A stretch of DNA of 63,817 bases, filler included, from Octopus bimaculoides (lineage: Eukaryota), in NCBI RefSeq assembly GCF_001194135.2. It is 6 parts of 5 records of this genome, joined end to end, with 100 filler letters (N's around TTAATTAATTAA, not from the genome) between each part and the next. Parts side by side here need not be neighbours in the genome. Positions count along the whole stretch, not along the records: positions 27,477 to 44,721 come from NC_068987.1; positions 44,822 to 49,974 come from NC_068999.1; 4 more parts are not named here. One strand, written 5' to 3'. The notes beneath the pieces were generated by a model, which did no database searches, was not told where the DNA came from, and worked only from the letters and a program-made list of their open reading frames with translations. Shown here in pieces: positions 37,078-48,464 of the stretch (its first letter is position 1; every line of letters starts with the position of its first letter). The translations under genes were made by a program, and so were the position numbers.

Positions 37078-37249
37078 CACTAGTGCAGCTATAGTGTGTT
37101 CTACCTGGGGTGGCCCTTCCATTTGCCGCCCTCGGACTCCACAAAAAACACATATTGCCTACAACAATAGCCTGCAACAGGATGAAAAGTGTTGCCCCTT
37201 TAAAAGTGCCACCCATGGCGGACCACTCCTACCCCCAGCTACACTAATG
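37078..37249. mobile_element. hAT-like MITE (172 bp) inserted into a SINE
   Basis: TIRs CA(C/T)TAGTG(C/T)AGCT and 8-bp TSD ATGCTGAG/ATGCTGAA. The host SINE rejoins as GCCATGCTGA|ATCTCC. Confidence 0.75.
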
Positions 37250-38029
37250 ATGCTGAATCTCCTTGAGGTTGCGTGTATCTGTGGAGTGCTCAGCTACTTG
37301 CACTTTAATTTCACAAGCTGGCCGTTTTGTTGATTGGATCACCTGAAACCCTTGTCTTCGTAACTGTAACATTGCCAATTATTTCCTTTGCTACAAAAGT
37401 GTTTTCTTGGAATTTTGTCAGTCATTACAAATACACAAGTAGAATGGACCCATGGTAAGAGCTCAGTACTCTGCTCAGCTTGCATACGTACACATGCACA
37501 CATGAGCGCATACATATGCACACGCATATGAATGCATACACACATACACATGAATGCATCCATACACACATACATCAATGCACACACACAATGACATCCG
37601 CACAGTTTCCGTCTACCAAATTCACTCACAAGGCATTGGTCAACCCAGGGCTATAACAGAAGACATTTCCGCCAAGGTGCCACACAAAGGGACTGAACTC
37701 AAAACCGTGTGATTTACAAAAGGAAGCTTTTCAACAACACAGCCATGCCTGCACCTTTGTGTATTTATTATGTTAAATGATTTTACAGATTCTGTAAGAA
37801 AATTTAAAACTCTAAGAATATCATGAAAATAAATGAAGAATTACATTTTAGAATGGAGACCACCCGAAGAGTTAAGAAATAGAAATTATTCATAGGCGCC
37901 TGAGATTTTGCCAATAGTTTAACTCCTCCCCTCCTCTTCACCATTTTTTGTTTTCATTTTAATAAATCAACATGTTTGTGTTGTATTAACACAATATTAA
38001 ACAGTACATTTGTTAATATAATTGCCCCA

Positions 38030-38760
38030 ATGAAGTCTTGTGAGTGAGTGAATTTGGTCGATGGAAACTGAAAGAAGCCTGTCATATAAGCGCAGATGTG
38101 GCTGTGTGGTAAGAAGCTTGCTTCACAGCCACATGGTTCTGGGTTCAGTCCCACTGTGTGGATTCTTGGGCAAGTGTCTTCTACTAGAGCCTCAGACTGA
38201 CCAAAGTCTTGTGAGTGTACCTGGTAGACGGAAACTGAAAGAAGCCTGTCATAGAGGTGCAGATGTGGTTGTGTGGTAAAAAGCTTGCTTCACAACCATA
38301 TGGTTCTAGGCTCAGTCCCATTGCATAGCACCTTGGGCAAGTGTTTTCTACTGTAGCCTCGGGCTGACCAAAGCCTTGTGAGTGGACCTGGTAGACGGAA
38401 ACTGAAAGAAGCCCATAGTGTGTGCGTGTTTATGTCTGTGTTTACCACTTACCACTGCTTGACAACTAGGGTTGGTGTGTTTATTTCTCCATAACTTAGC
38501 AGTTCAGTGAAAAAACCAATAAAGTAAGTACCAGGCTTTAAAAAAATAAAAGTGCTGAGGTTGATTTGTTCAACTAAAACCCTTGAAGGTGGTGCCCCAG
38601 CATGGTTGCAGTCTGATGACTGATATAAACAATATGTATGTGTGTGTGTATATATGTATATATGTGTCTTCACTTGTCTAGACATAGTTATCGTAAATGA
38701 GCATCATTGTCATATAAGCGAGGTTGTTTTGTTCCCAGTCATTAATTAAAACATGTCTGG
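38030..38760 (+). mobile_element. Family A SINE with head-to-tail triplicated 5' region (167-bp period)
   Basis: Units start GCAGATGTGG at 38092 and 38259, with a partial unit upstream. The single body and tail follow 38420. Confidence 0.85.
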
Positions 38761-39009
38761 GGGGGGGGGGAAGACGAGGCAGCATAGCCGTGGTCCGGGG
38801 GCTGGAGTGTGTTTCTTTGTGATTTAATGGCAACCAGTCTAGTATCCCTATGTCCATAGCAGCAACACTGGTCCCTAATGTGGGACCTCATTCAGCTTTG
38901 TAGAGTGTCACTGATTGTTGGGAACTGAAATGTTTTCTGGCCCTAAAGAGAGGAACCGGTCTTTAGGATGTGGTCCTATCTTTGGTTACTGCTTTTATAG
39001 CAACCTGTT

Positions 39010-39540
39010 CGAGACTGCTCCTTCTATCACACCTGCCTGCTAGAGACTGCCCCTACTGTGCTACCAATATACCAGACACCCCAATTTTTATCATATCAGT
39101 CTACTAGAGACCGCCCCTTCAATGCTATCAACCTGTCAGAGACCGCCCCTTTTGTGCTATCAACCTGTCAGAGACCGCCCCTTCAATGCTATCAACCTGT
39201 CAGAGACCGCCCCTTCAATGCTATCAACCTGTCAGAGACCGCCCCTTCAATGCTATCAACCTGTCAGAGACCGNNNNNNNNNNNNNNNNNNNNNNNNNNN
39301 NNNNNNNNNNNNNNNNNNNNNNNNNNNNNNAGAGACCGCCCCTTCAATGCTATCAACCTGTCAGAGACCGCCCCTTCAATGCTATCAACCTGTCAGAGAC
39401 CGCCCCTTCAATGCTATCAACCTGTCAGAGACCGCCCCTTCAATGCTATCAACCTGTAAGAGACCGCCCCTTCAATGCTACCAACCTGTAAGAGACCGCC
39501 TCTTCTGTGCTACCAATTTGTCAGAGATCGCCCTTTCCTG
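39010..39540. repeat. 32-bp minisatellite (AGAGACCGCCCCTTCAATGCTATCAACCTGTC)n with degenerate edge units
   Basis: Exact 32-bp period at 39106, 39138, 39170 and onward, with no spacers. N gap at 39274-39330. Confidence 0.95.
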
Positions 39541-40208
39541 TTGTGAGGTAAATAAATGAAACTTATAAAAACTTAAAAGTTAGTGGTCGTTCTGAAGATA
39601 TCGAAGAGAGCAGTGGTGAGATGTCCTTCCGAGAGAACGTCTACAAGTCTATGTATTAACATTTTGCTATGCTCCTGTAGTGGGATAGTCACTTTCTGCA
39701 GTACAAAAGCCTGTGAAATTAATGGTATAATTGCAGCATTTTGCATCCGCTACTCACATTCTTTTTGTTTCCAGTTCCCTTACTTCTCTCATTCCTCTTT
39801 TAAATTAGTTTATTTCCTGGTCCTTGTCTGTTCCATTTTCTTGTGTACGCAATACTGTGCGACTGGAAGGAAGTCCAGATGGAAAATAAATTAAAAACGT
39901 GGACAATATTCTATCATTGTTGTTTATCCTGAGGCTTGTCTCACAAGTGCTGTTTTATGGTAAACAATGCTTAAGTGGTGACCTTCTCATCATTTTGTTT
40001 TTCAGACTCTGTGTTGTTCGCATTTTATACCGTTGTTTCTCATGGCGCATGCGTGGCTGTGTGGTAAGAAGTTTACTTCCCAACCACGTGGTTCTGAGTT
40101 CAGTCCCATTGCGTGGCATTTTGGGCAAATGTCTTTTACCGATCACAGCCCTGTGAGTGGATTTGATAGACAGAAGCTAGAAAAGCCCAACGTGTGTATG
40201 TATGTATG

Positions 40209-40258
<50 letters not shown>

Positions 40259-40852
40259 GCGTATATACATAGGTACAGGAGTGGCTGTGTGGTAAGAAGC
40301 TTGTTTCCCAATCACATGGTTCTGGGTTCAGTCCCACTGCGTGGCACCTTGGGTAAAAAGAGACCGGTAGAATAAGTCCTAGGGTCGATTTGTTCGACTG
40401 AAGGTAGTGTTTCAACATGGCTGCAGTCAAATGACTGAAACAAATAAAAGAATGTGTGTGTGTGTGTGTGTGCGTCCCAACCGCTGTTGGTTTGTTTACG
40501 TCCCTGTAACTGAGTGGTACGACAAAAGAGATCGTAGGCTTATATATATGTGTGTGTGTATATATATGTATATATAACCCTTGATTCAATAACACTGTAT
40601 AAACTCTGTATTTGGAATGACCAATTTCAAAGACTGTTGGATTTTACTCATAGGGTATTGGATTCTTAATAATGGATTTACAAATGCAATGACCAATCTT
40701 AAAGACTATTGGATTTTACTCACAAGCTATTGGAATCTTATATGTATACCATTCTGTCTAAACAATGGATTTACAACTACAATATTCCCTACATTCACTC
40801 TCTATTTCCTATCTTATCTAAACTAACTATTGCTTAACCATCCTCTCACACC

Positions 40853-40900
40853 GTTTCCGATGAAGGGATATAATAAATATCCTGGAAACAACTGTAAGAC
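40853..40900 (+). ncRNA. Minimal type I hammerhead-ribozyme-like motif (Penelope-associated type), with a core substitution
   Basis: GTTT-CCGATGA-A-GGGATAT(AATAA)ATATCCT-G-GAAA-C(AACT)G-TA-AGAC. Stems I, II and III and a GUA triplet are all present, with CCGA in place of CUGA. Confidence 0.5.
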
Positions 40901-40924
40901 CTATTTATAAATGTTCTATATTGT

Positions 40925-42660
40925 ACACAGACGAAATACCTATAAGCATTTCGCCCGGCGTGCTAACGTTTCTTATTTCTTTATTGCCCACAAGGGGCTA
41001 AACATAGAGGGGACAAACAAGGACAGACAAAGGGATTAAGTCGATTATATCGACCCCAGTACTTAACTGGTACTTAATTTATCGACACCGAAAGGATGAA
41101 AGGCAAAGTCGACTTCGTCGGAATTTGAATTCAGAACGTAAAGACAGACGAAATACCGTTATGCATTTCGCCCGGCGTGCTAACGTTTCTGCCAAGCTCC
41201 TCGCTGCATTGCTGTTTTAGAAGACTGAATCAAACTTTCGTTTCTTACATCGACCACAAAATGTGTGAGCATGAGTTCCCGTCGACGAAATCGGCTACGA
41301 GGATATTTCCCACCAAATATCATAACTCTACCTGAGCTTTAGCAACTACATTCTTTTTTTTTTTTTTCTGAGATAAAGTGGAAATGTCTTTGGTAGAATG
41401 GAATTCTGTGTGATCTTGCATGTCCTTCACATACATAATATATCGCAGCGGGTTCTGTGAGGGAGTAGAGAGATCTATCTCACAATTCGAATGGTACTTT
41501 ATTTTATTTATCTCCGAGGTTTGTAAGGCAAAGTTTACCTTCCTAATAATGGTTTCAAATTTTGGCACAGAGCCAGCAGTTTTTGGAGGGAAGTGGAAGT
41601 CGGTTACATCGACTCCAGTACCTGACAAGTACATATTTTTATCACTGCAGAATTTGAAATACTTAAGGCCTCTCGTCTGTAAATGCTGCGAAGCATTTTG
41701 CCCGGCGTGTTACTGGTCCTGCCAGCTCGCTGTCTTAATAATAATAATAATAATTCCAAATTTTTGCACAAGGTCAGCAATTCCGAAGGTGGGGGCTAGT
41801 CGATTGTATCAACCCAGAGTTCAACTGGTACTTGTCTTAGCGTTCTCAAAAGGCTGAAAAGCAAAGTCGACCTCGGCGGAATTTGAACTCAGAGCGTAAC
41901 GGGCCAGAAGAACTACCGCTAAACATTTTGTCCGACGCTCTAAACTTCTGCCAAATCACTCCTGCTTTAACAATTTCTAACATAGACAGAGAGCCCATAT
42001 ACTTTGTGAGACTGGTCTAGTCGATTGTCTGTTATTTTATCAACCTGTTCCTTTCCGAAAAGAAAAACAAACATACAAAAACGAAGACAACCACAGCTCA
42101 AATTGAACTCTAGCCTAAATACCACTTCTTATTGCGATGGTGGTGGTAGTGATGATGATGAATTTAAATTTAAGCACAAGGCCAGCACATCTTAGAGGAA
42201 GGAGTAATTCGATTCTATAAAACCCAGGGCTGCGAGCTGGCATCATCGTTATTACGCCGGGCGAAATGCTTAGCGGTATTTCATCTGCCGCTACGTTCTG
42301 AGTTCAAATTCCGCCGAGGTCGACATAGCCTTTCGTCCTCTCGGGGTCGATAAATTATGTGCTAGTTACGCACTGGGGTCGATCTAATCGACTTAATCCT
42401 TTTGTCTGTCCTTGTTTGTCCCCTCTATGTTTAGCCCCTTGTGGGCAATAAAGAAATAAGAAACGTTAGCACGCCGGGCGAATTGCTTAGCGGTATTTCG
42501 TCTGTCTCATGCTTTCGGGGTCGATAAATTAAGTACCACTCTCCAAATATTTCGGGCCTTGTGCCTAGAGTAGAAAAAATTGTATAGAACAAACTGTGAG
42601 TACTTGACTGGTACTTTACTTTTATCGATCCCGGACCCATGAAAAGCAAAATTGAAATTT
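40925..42660. mobile_element. Dense cluster of family B SINEs in both orientations
   Basis: Repeated GCCGGGCGAAATGCTTAGCGGTATTTC...GAGTTCAAATTCCGCCGAGGTCGAC...GGGGTCGATAAATT and its reverse complement. Confidence 0.88.
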
Positions 42661-43172
42661 AGAATGAATCGACCCCAGCATTTAATTTTGTTCTTAAAGC
42701 CTGGAAGTCAGTACTTTATGTCGATCTGCCGTGCTAACCACAGTTTAAAACACTGTATTTATGATTTGAGGGATATTTGGCTGTTATTTATGCTATTCAA
42801 TTGACTTTCGTAGAAGCTTCTCATGCTCTTAGGGGCAAGTATAAACGCCACGGCAATCCGTATTCTTTTTCTCATATAAAATCATTGTTTCTTGTTAATA
42901 AAGAAAAAAACAAACAGACAAAATAAAATACTACAGAAAAAAAAAGCCCCGATCTGTAATAATGATTTAAAAATATAAAATAAGTGAGAAATAAAACAAG
43001 AAAAGTTTCTACTTGGAGAAAATGAGACAATGAACAGAAATTAGAAGGAAAAAAAGTGGGGGTGGTTGAGAAGGTGAAAAGAATAAGGAATGAATGGGGA
43101 AAGTGTGTGTGTGTGTGTGTGTGCGTGTGATTGTATGTGTTTGCTGCTGGATTGATTCCACTTGATTCCGCC

Positions 43173-43200
43173 ATGTCTGCCTCTAGCTACGATCCTAAAG
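43173..43200 (+). CDS. Candidate first coding exon of an unidentified gene (MSASSYDPK, phase 1)
   Basis: Strong Kozak context TTCCGCCATGT, followed after 28 nt by the donor-like AAG|GTGAAT, in non-repeat sequence. No homology recognised. Confidence 0.4.
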
Positions 43201-44821
43201 GTGAATANNNNNNNNNNNNNNNNNNNNNNNNNNNNNNNNNNNNNNNNNNNNNNNNNNNNNNNNNNNNNNNNNNNNNNNNNNNNNNNNNNNNNNNNNNNNN
43301 NNNNNNNNNNNNNNNNNNNNNNNNNNNNNNNNNNNNNNNNNNNNNNNNNNNNNNNNNNNNNNNNNNNNNNNNNNNNNNNNNNNNNNNNNNNNNNNNNNNN
43401 NNNNNNNNNNNNNNNNNNNNNNNNNNNNNNNNNNNNNNNNNNNNNNNNNNNNNNNNNNNNNNNNNNNNNNNNNNNNNNNNNNNNNNNNNNNNNNNNNNNN
43501 NNNNNNNNNNNNNNNNNNNNNNNNNNNNNNNNNNNNNNNNNNNNNNNNNNNNNNNNNNNNNNNNNNNNNNNNNNNNNNNNNNNNNNNNNNNNNNNNNNNN
43601 NNNNNNNNNNNNNNNNNNNNNNNNNNNNNNNNNNNNNNNNNNNNNNNNNNNNNNNNNNNNNNNNNNNNNNNNNNNNNNNNNNNNNNNNNNNNNNNNNNNN
43701 NNNNNNNNNNNNNNNNNNNNNNNNNNNNNNNNNNNNNNNNNNNNNNNNNNNNNNNNNNNNNNNNATATACAGTAATAATAATGTCATACTTGGTATGCAC
43801 TTTGACAAGCTATCACATACGGATATATCCGCCCCCCCCCCACCTTTTCTGTCCCCTTTTCCGACGCCTCATTGATCTCCTTTATATCTGCTTTTTAACT
43901 CCTGCTAAATACATATTTATTGTGCGTCTGGTTCGTGGTTTTTGGCCATTCTGGGGCACGGCTATACATTCCAATCTCTTTTTTTTCGTATGTAATATGT
44001 TCATATGTGTGGGATCAAACAGGATTCTTTGTCTCTGTGTGTGTGTATATATGTGTGCATACATACATATATATGCATGTGTGTGTGTATATGTATAAAT
44101 ATATATGTGTATAAGTGAATATATATAAAGTGTATACTTTTATATATATGTATATATATTTATACCTGCATGTTATTTACGCGTATATTTATTTATTCTT
44201 GTATATACTTCGTGTATTTATTTTTGCTCATATCTTGCGCACACACATACACACACAAAATAATTACACGCACACCTCTCACGGCACATCTTAATTGGAA
44301 AAAATATAATCGAGGCGCCTCTAGGTATTATTTAATGAGAGTAAAGTGCGCCCTACAATTAATCTGAAGTTAGTTGAGAGAGCTGTGACTAAATATGTCC
44401 ATATGAAGATGGATAAACATTTAATCTGACATTCTGAATTAGTCACATGACGAAAACATGCTTATGTTTCTACCTAACTAGCTCCCTTCATCACATATCT
44501 GGCTACGGGTACTGCCATCACTTAATATAAAGAATATACTCGTATTTTTGTGAGGTAATAAGTTTCCTTCCCAACCACATTGGTTCCGTGTTCAGTCCCA
44601 CTGCGTGGCACCTTGGACAAGTGTCTTCTACTTTAGCCTCAGGCCGACCAAAGCCTTGAGAATGAATGTGGTAGACAGAAACTGAAAGAGGCCTATATAT
44701 ATATATATATGTGTATATATANNNNNNNNNNNNNNNNNNNNNNNNNNNNNNNNNNNNNNNNNNNNTTAATTAATTAANNNNNNNNNNNNNNNNNNNNNNN
44801 NNNNNNNNNNNNNNNNNNNNN

Positions 44822-45190
44822 AAAAGACCAGACTTAGTCATATGGAACACAGAACGGAGAATAGGAATCTTGCTAGAACTGACAGTACCATGGGAAGAGA
44901 ATATCGACAATGCAGAGAAACAAAACGAGAAGAGATACGAGAAACTAATCGAAGAGTGCAGAGAACAGGGATGGAATGTCGAGTACTACCATCTGTCAGT
45001 GGGGGCTAGAGGCTTCATTGAAAGAAAAATGACAGCGCTATTCAAAAGAAGATTTGCGTTTTCAAGCTCGGAACTGAGAAAACTGGTAAGGAGGATACAG
45101 GAGGCGGTCGAAAAAGCCAGCTTCTATATATGGCTGAAGCGGGAAGACCAAATATGGCTTGAAAGTCATAACATGCCGGCAGGAAAATAA
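44822..45190 (+). mobile_element. HERO-like RLE non-LTR retrotransposon, C-terminal endonuclease (5' part lost in a gap)
   Basis: KRPDLVIWN...LLELTVPWEENI...RYEKLIEECREQGW...VGARGF...AVEKASFYIWLKR. The frame is intact to the stop. Confidence 0.85.
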
Positions 45191-45250
45191 CATCACTAGG
45201 TGAGACAGGCTGACACTGAAGTAGCTTCGCGCCCTCCATTGTCAGTTAAA

Positions 45251-45460
45251 GTTTAGACAGTGTCACATGACAACTTGCTGGGGCTACTTGCTGGAGCCTA
45301 GCAGCGGGAGGTTTAGACAGTGTCATGTGACAACTTGCTGGGGTTGCCTACTGGACCCTAGCAGCGGGAAATTTAGACAGTGTCACGTGACAACTTGCTG
45401 GGAAGCCTGCTGGAGCCTAGCAGCAGGTATAAAAGGGGGAATTTGACATGACAATCAGTC
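45251..45460 (+). promoter_or_regulatory. TE/LTR-like Pol II promoter: three 60-bp E-box repeats, TATA box and Inr
   Basis: Repeats at 45251, 45311 and 45371 carry GTCACATGAC, GTCATGTGAC and GTCACGTGAC. TATAAAAG is at 45428 and TCAGT at 45455 (its A is 29 nt after the TATA start). Confidence 0.65.
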
Positions 45461-46588
45461 GGCCGCTGACACTCGTTGATACTGCATCGAAGAGGCCAGG
45501 GAATAGAAGAAAGAAGACATGCACCCAACACCAGAGCTGAAGACACCTCCGAAAGGGGGGGGGCCACGTCAAAACGGTAGAGGAGTACGGGCCGAAACCG
45601 AACGTGGATCCTCCTGATGATGTCTTGAGCTAACTGGATCCTATAAAGGAGCTGTTGTGGTAGCAGACCACGAAACATGGTTGAAATTCCTCAGAAACTA
45701 TAGAGAAAAAACAAAGAAAAATAGAGAAAAACTATAGAGAATTAGTCCACAAGACTGGAAGACTGATCAGCATAAACAAGCAAATAAATAAATGTGTGTC
45801 TAAATGAAATTTGTAAATGTAATACTCTGTGTTAATTCAAAGGTATAAATTTATAAATTCATGAATTTATGAAAATATGCACATAGAATAGCAAAATATG
45901 TAGGTATCATTTAATTATTTGTAAGAATGTATGAGTTGAAATTTCAGATCTCACTTGAAAAAGTAAATCAGAACTGATAAATAAACAGAAAGATATTATA
46001 TCAGTCAAAATATTACTTGGAATTCAATCAAAATCATACAGTTTAGTATCAAGTCAAAATATGACTTAATGATCAAAGAAAGGTTGAGGGGGATAAATGA
46101 AGAAATTTAAGAAGTATTTATAAGAACTATAAGCATTATAGAGGTCATAACACAATCAATTTTAAGAGAATATCTAGGACAATACCACATTAGGGTGAAT
46201 TTAATATTTGTGATTAGGGAAGATATCCCAATGCTAAAATTTAAATTAAAGTTTAAAATAATATGAAAATATACCTTACAGTCAGTATCAGTTGCTAGGG
46301 CTAAGGTAGGCAAGAGTAGCTTGAATATGATCCATTGCAATGATAATGATATTAAGGTATAAAATACTACATAAAGATAATTCAATAATCTTATTATAAT
46401 CAATATCATAGCTACATAGATACTTATACAACATTCAGGAAAGACCCATAGAAAGAGATTTTCATACAGAATGTGAGTATTTGATCCTTATTTTGTCCAA
46501 TCTATTGACAACTTCACCTGTGCATTTCAACATTTCTAACAATTCAATACAGCAGAGATTACTACAATATCTACCACTAACAAATGGC

Positions 46589-46860
46589 TTAGTGTGTTTT
46601 ATAATGCTCCACTGTTAGATGAAGACTGACATCTTTGTCCTTTAATTCCCAAACTTCCACAGAGAGTGATGTTGCTTTAGCTTTATCACTTCTAAAGATG
46701 TGAAAATGATTACATAATCTTAGTTTGAAAGAAGAAGAAACAGAACCTATGTAAGAAAACATAAGTAGCTTAGATCTAACATTACAGTTATACACAATAT
46801 TTTTGATCAGGCATCTGTTATCTAATGAGGATTCAATTTTATTCCAACAGTTAAATAGTC
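46589..46860 (-). mobile_element. Penelope-like element, GIY-YIG endonuclease fragment
   Basis: RCLIKNIVYNCNV...SYIGSVSSSFKLRLCNHFHIF...TSLSVEVWELK. Confidence 0.75.
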
Positions 46861-47487
46861 TAGGTGATTCCGAGATAAGAGTATCATGGATTATATGATT
46901 CATACCATTATGTTGTACCTAGCTATAATCATTAGAATCATTATCAATGTTTGCCACTCCATTGACACCGGCATTATCAAGGTTCCTATTAGAGTAAATA
47001 TAAGCATCATTAAGGTCTACAGGTACTTTGAAATAATTATACATGTCTTCATCATTAATACAATTACCGGTCGCAGTCATGATTATTACCACAACCATTC
47101 ACACTATTATAAACAGAACTATTTCTGTTGCTGTTATTATTAGTGTTAATATTATTAACACTAAGAAAATTATTGATTACCCATTATACTATTGCTACAG
47201 TTAATATCAGTGTTAACATGACTCAGCATTATTCAAATATCATTGTTGCTATTATAATTATCATGCACATTTTTATTACACTTATTATTATTGTTATTAT
47301 TAAAAAGGATTGACGTAACTTCACAAAAGTAAACAGTCAAGAAAAAGAGCGCAATTCGATTGTAATAGATATTTTATTGGTTGAACGATATTTCAACAAT
47401 AAGTCTGTCTTTGTCGAGTTCAAAATAAGAAGTGATAAAAATTCAAAATTATAGAAATTTAAATGTAAAGTATGAACGAGAGCAACC

Positions 47488-47930
47488 AGCGTCCACACGT
47501 TGATGGAATGACATCATCAGTCTTCAAGTTTCAATTTTATAACAGGCGAAAAGAAAAAGACAGAAAAAAGAAGACAAGAAAAAGGAGGAAAGAAAAAAAT
47601 AAAAAGAAGAATATTTAATCAAACAGTTTTGTATAAATTTGATGATATTCTCCTGTCATCTTATTCATTCCTCCAAGGCGTGATGTTAATAATCCGCAAA
47701 TATATTTCTCCTCATACATTCTGAGAAGAGAAAGTGAAGCAGATTCAAAGTATTTTCTGAGAATATGCTCTTTCAAGTCTTTTTCAAAATTGCAGCCATT
47801 TGCAATGAAATGCTTGGCAAGTTCTGTCGAACTACTGTTATTGTGCCTGACGTTGAATCTGTGCCAATTAAAACTTTTGTTTAATTGTTCTGTTGTACAA
47901 CCAACATAAATCAAGTTGGGTTTCATGCAA
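47488..47930 (-). mobile_element. Second Penelope-like element 3' end: GIY-YIG domain plus terminal region with a broken hammerhead core
   Basis: NLIYVGCTTEQLNKSFNWHRFNVRH...TELAKHF...EEKYICGLLT..GGMNK, then CTGATGA-TGTC...GAC lacking GAAA at 47488-47524. Confidence 0.82.
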
Positions 47931-48464
47931 ATCAGACTGGAACCTGGTACAGTTCTCTGGCTTACCAATTCTCTGGAAACCAGACACTAAATGGTGGCGG
48001 CGGCGGCGGTGGTGGTGGTGAGGAGGAGGAGGAGGAGGAGGGGGAGGATTTATTCCATCTGGTTTCCCTTTTAAAGCTAGTTTAACCCTAACCCTAATTT
48101 GCATTGAAATTTGGCAGGTTTGATGAGTAAACCTACAAATGTTCAAATTAATCTTATTACTATGGGAGTGGACACCAACTAAAATATAGATACAGTAGTC
48201 TATCATATTCACACAACAAAATGAATGAAACATACTGAGAATTATGCTGTAGCTGTACTGCAAGTCAAATGTTTGTGTACGACTTAAAAAATATACAAAA
48301 ATCAATGTATCAGAACAATTTAGTGAGATGGAATTCTAATATGATTTGTACAGCTTCTTGAGAAGTGTTTAGGAAATATTTCTTTCATGTCATTACGTCT
48401 TGTAATGACTTCTAATTAGTTTAAATTCTATTGAATAAAACATTAATGTAAATCTTATTATCAT

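Noticed and set aside
39106-39500. CRISPR-like array (32-bp period)
   Set aside because: The units are contiguous with no unique spacers, there are no cas genes, and the context is eukaryotic.
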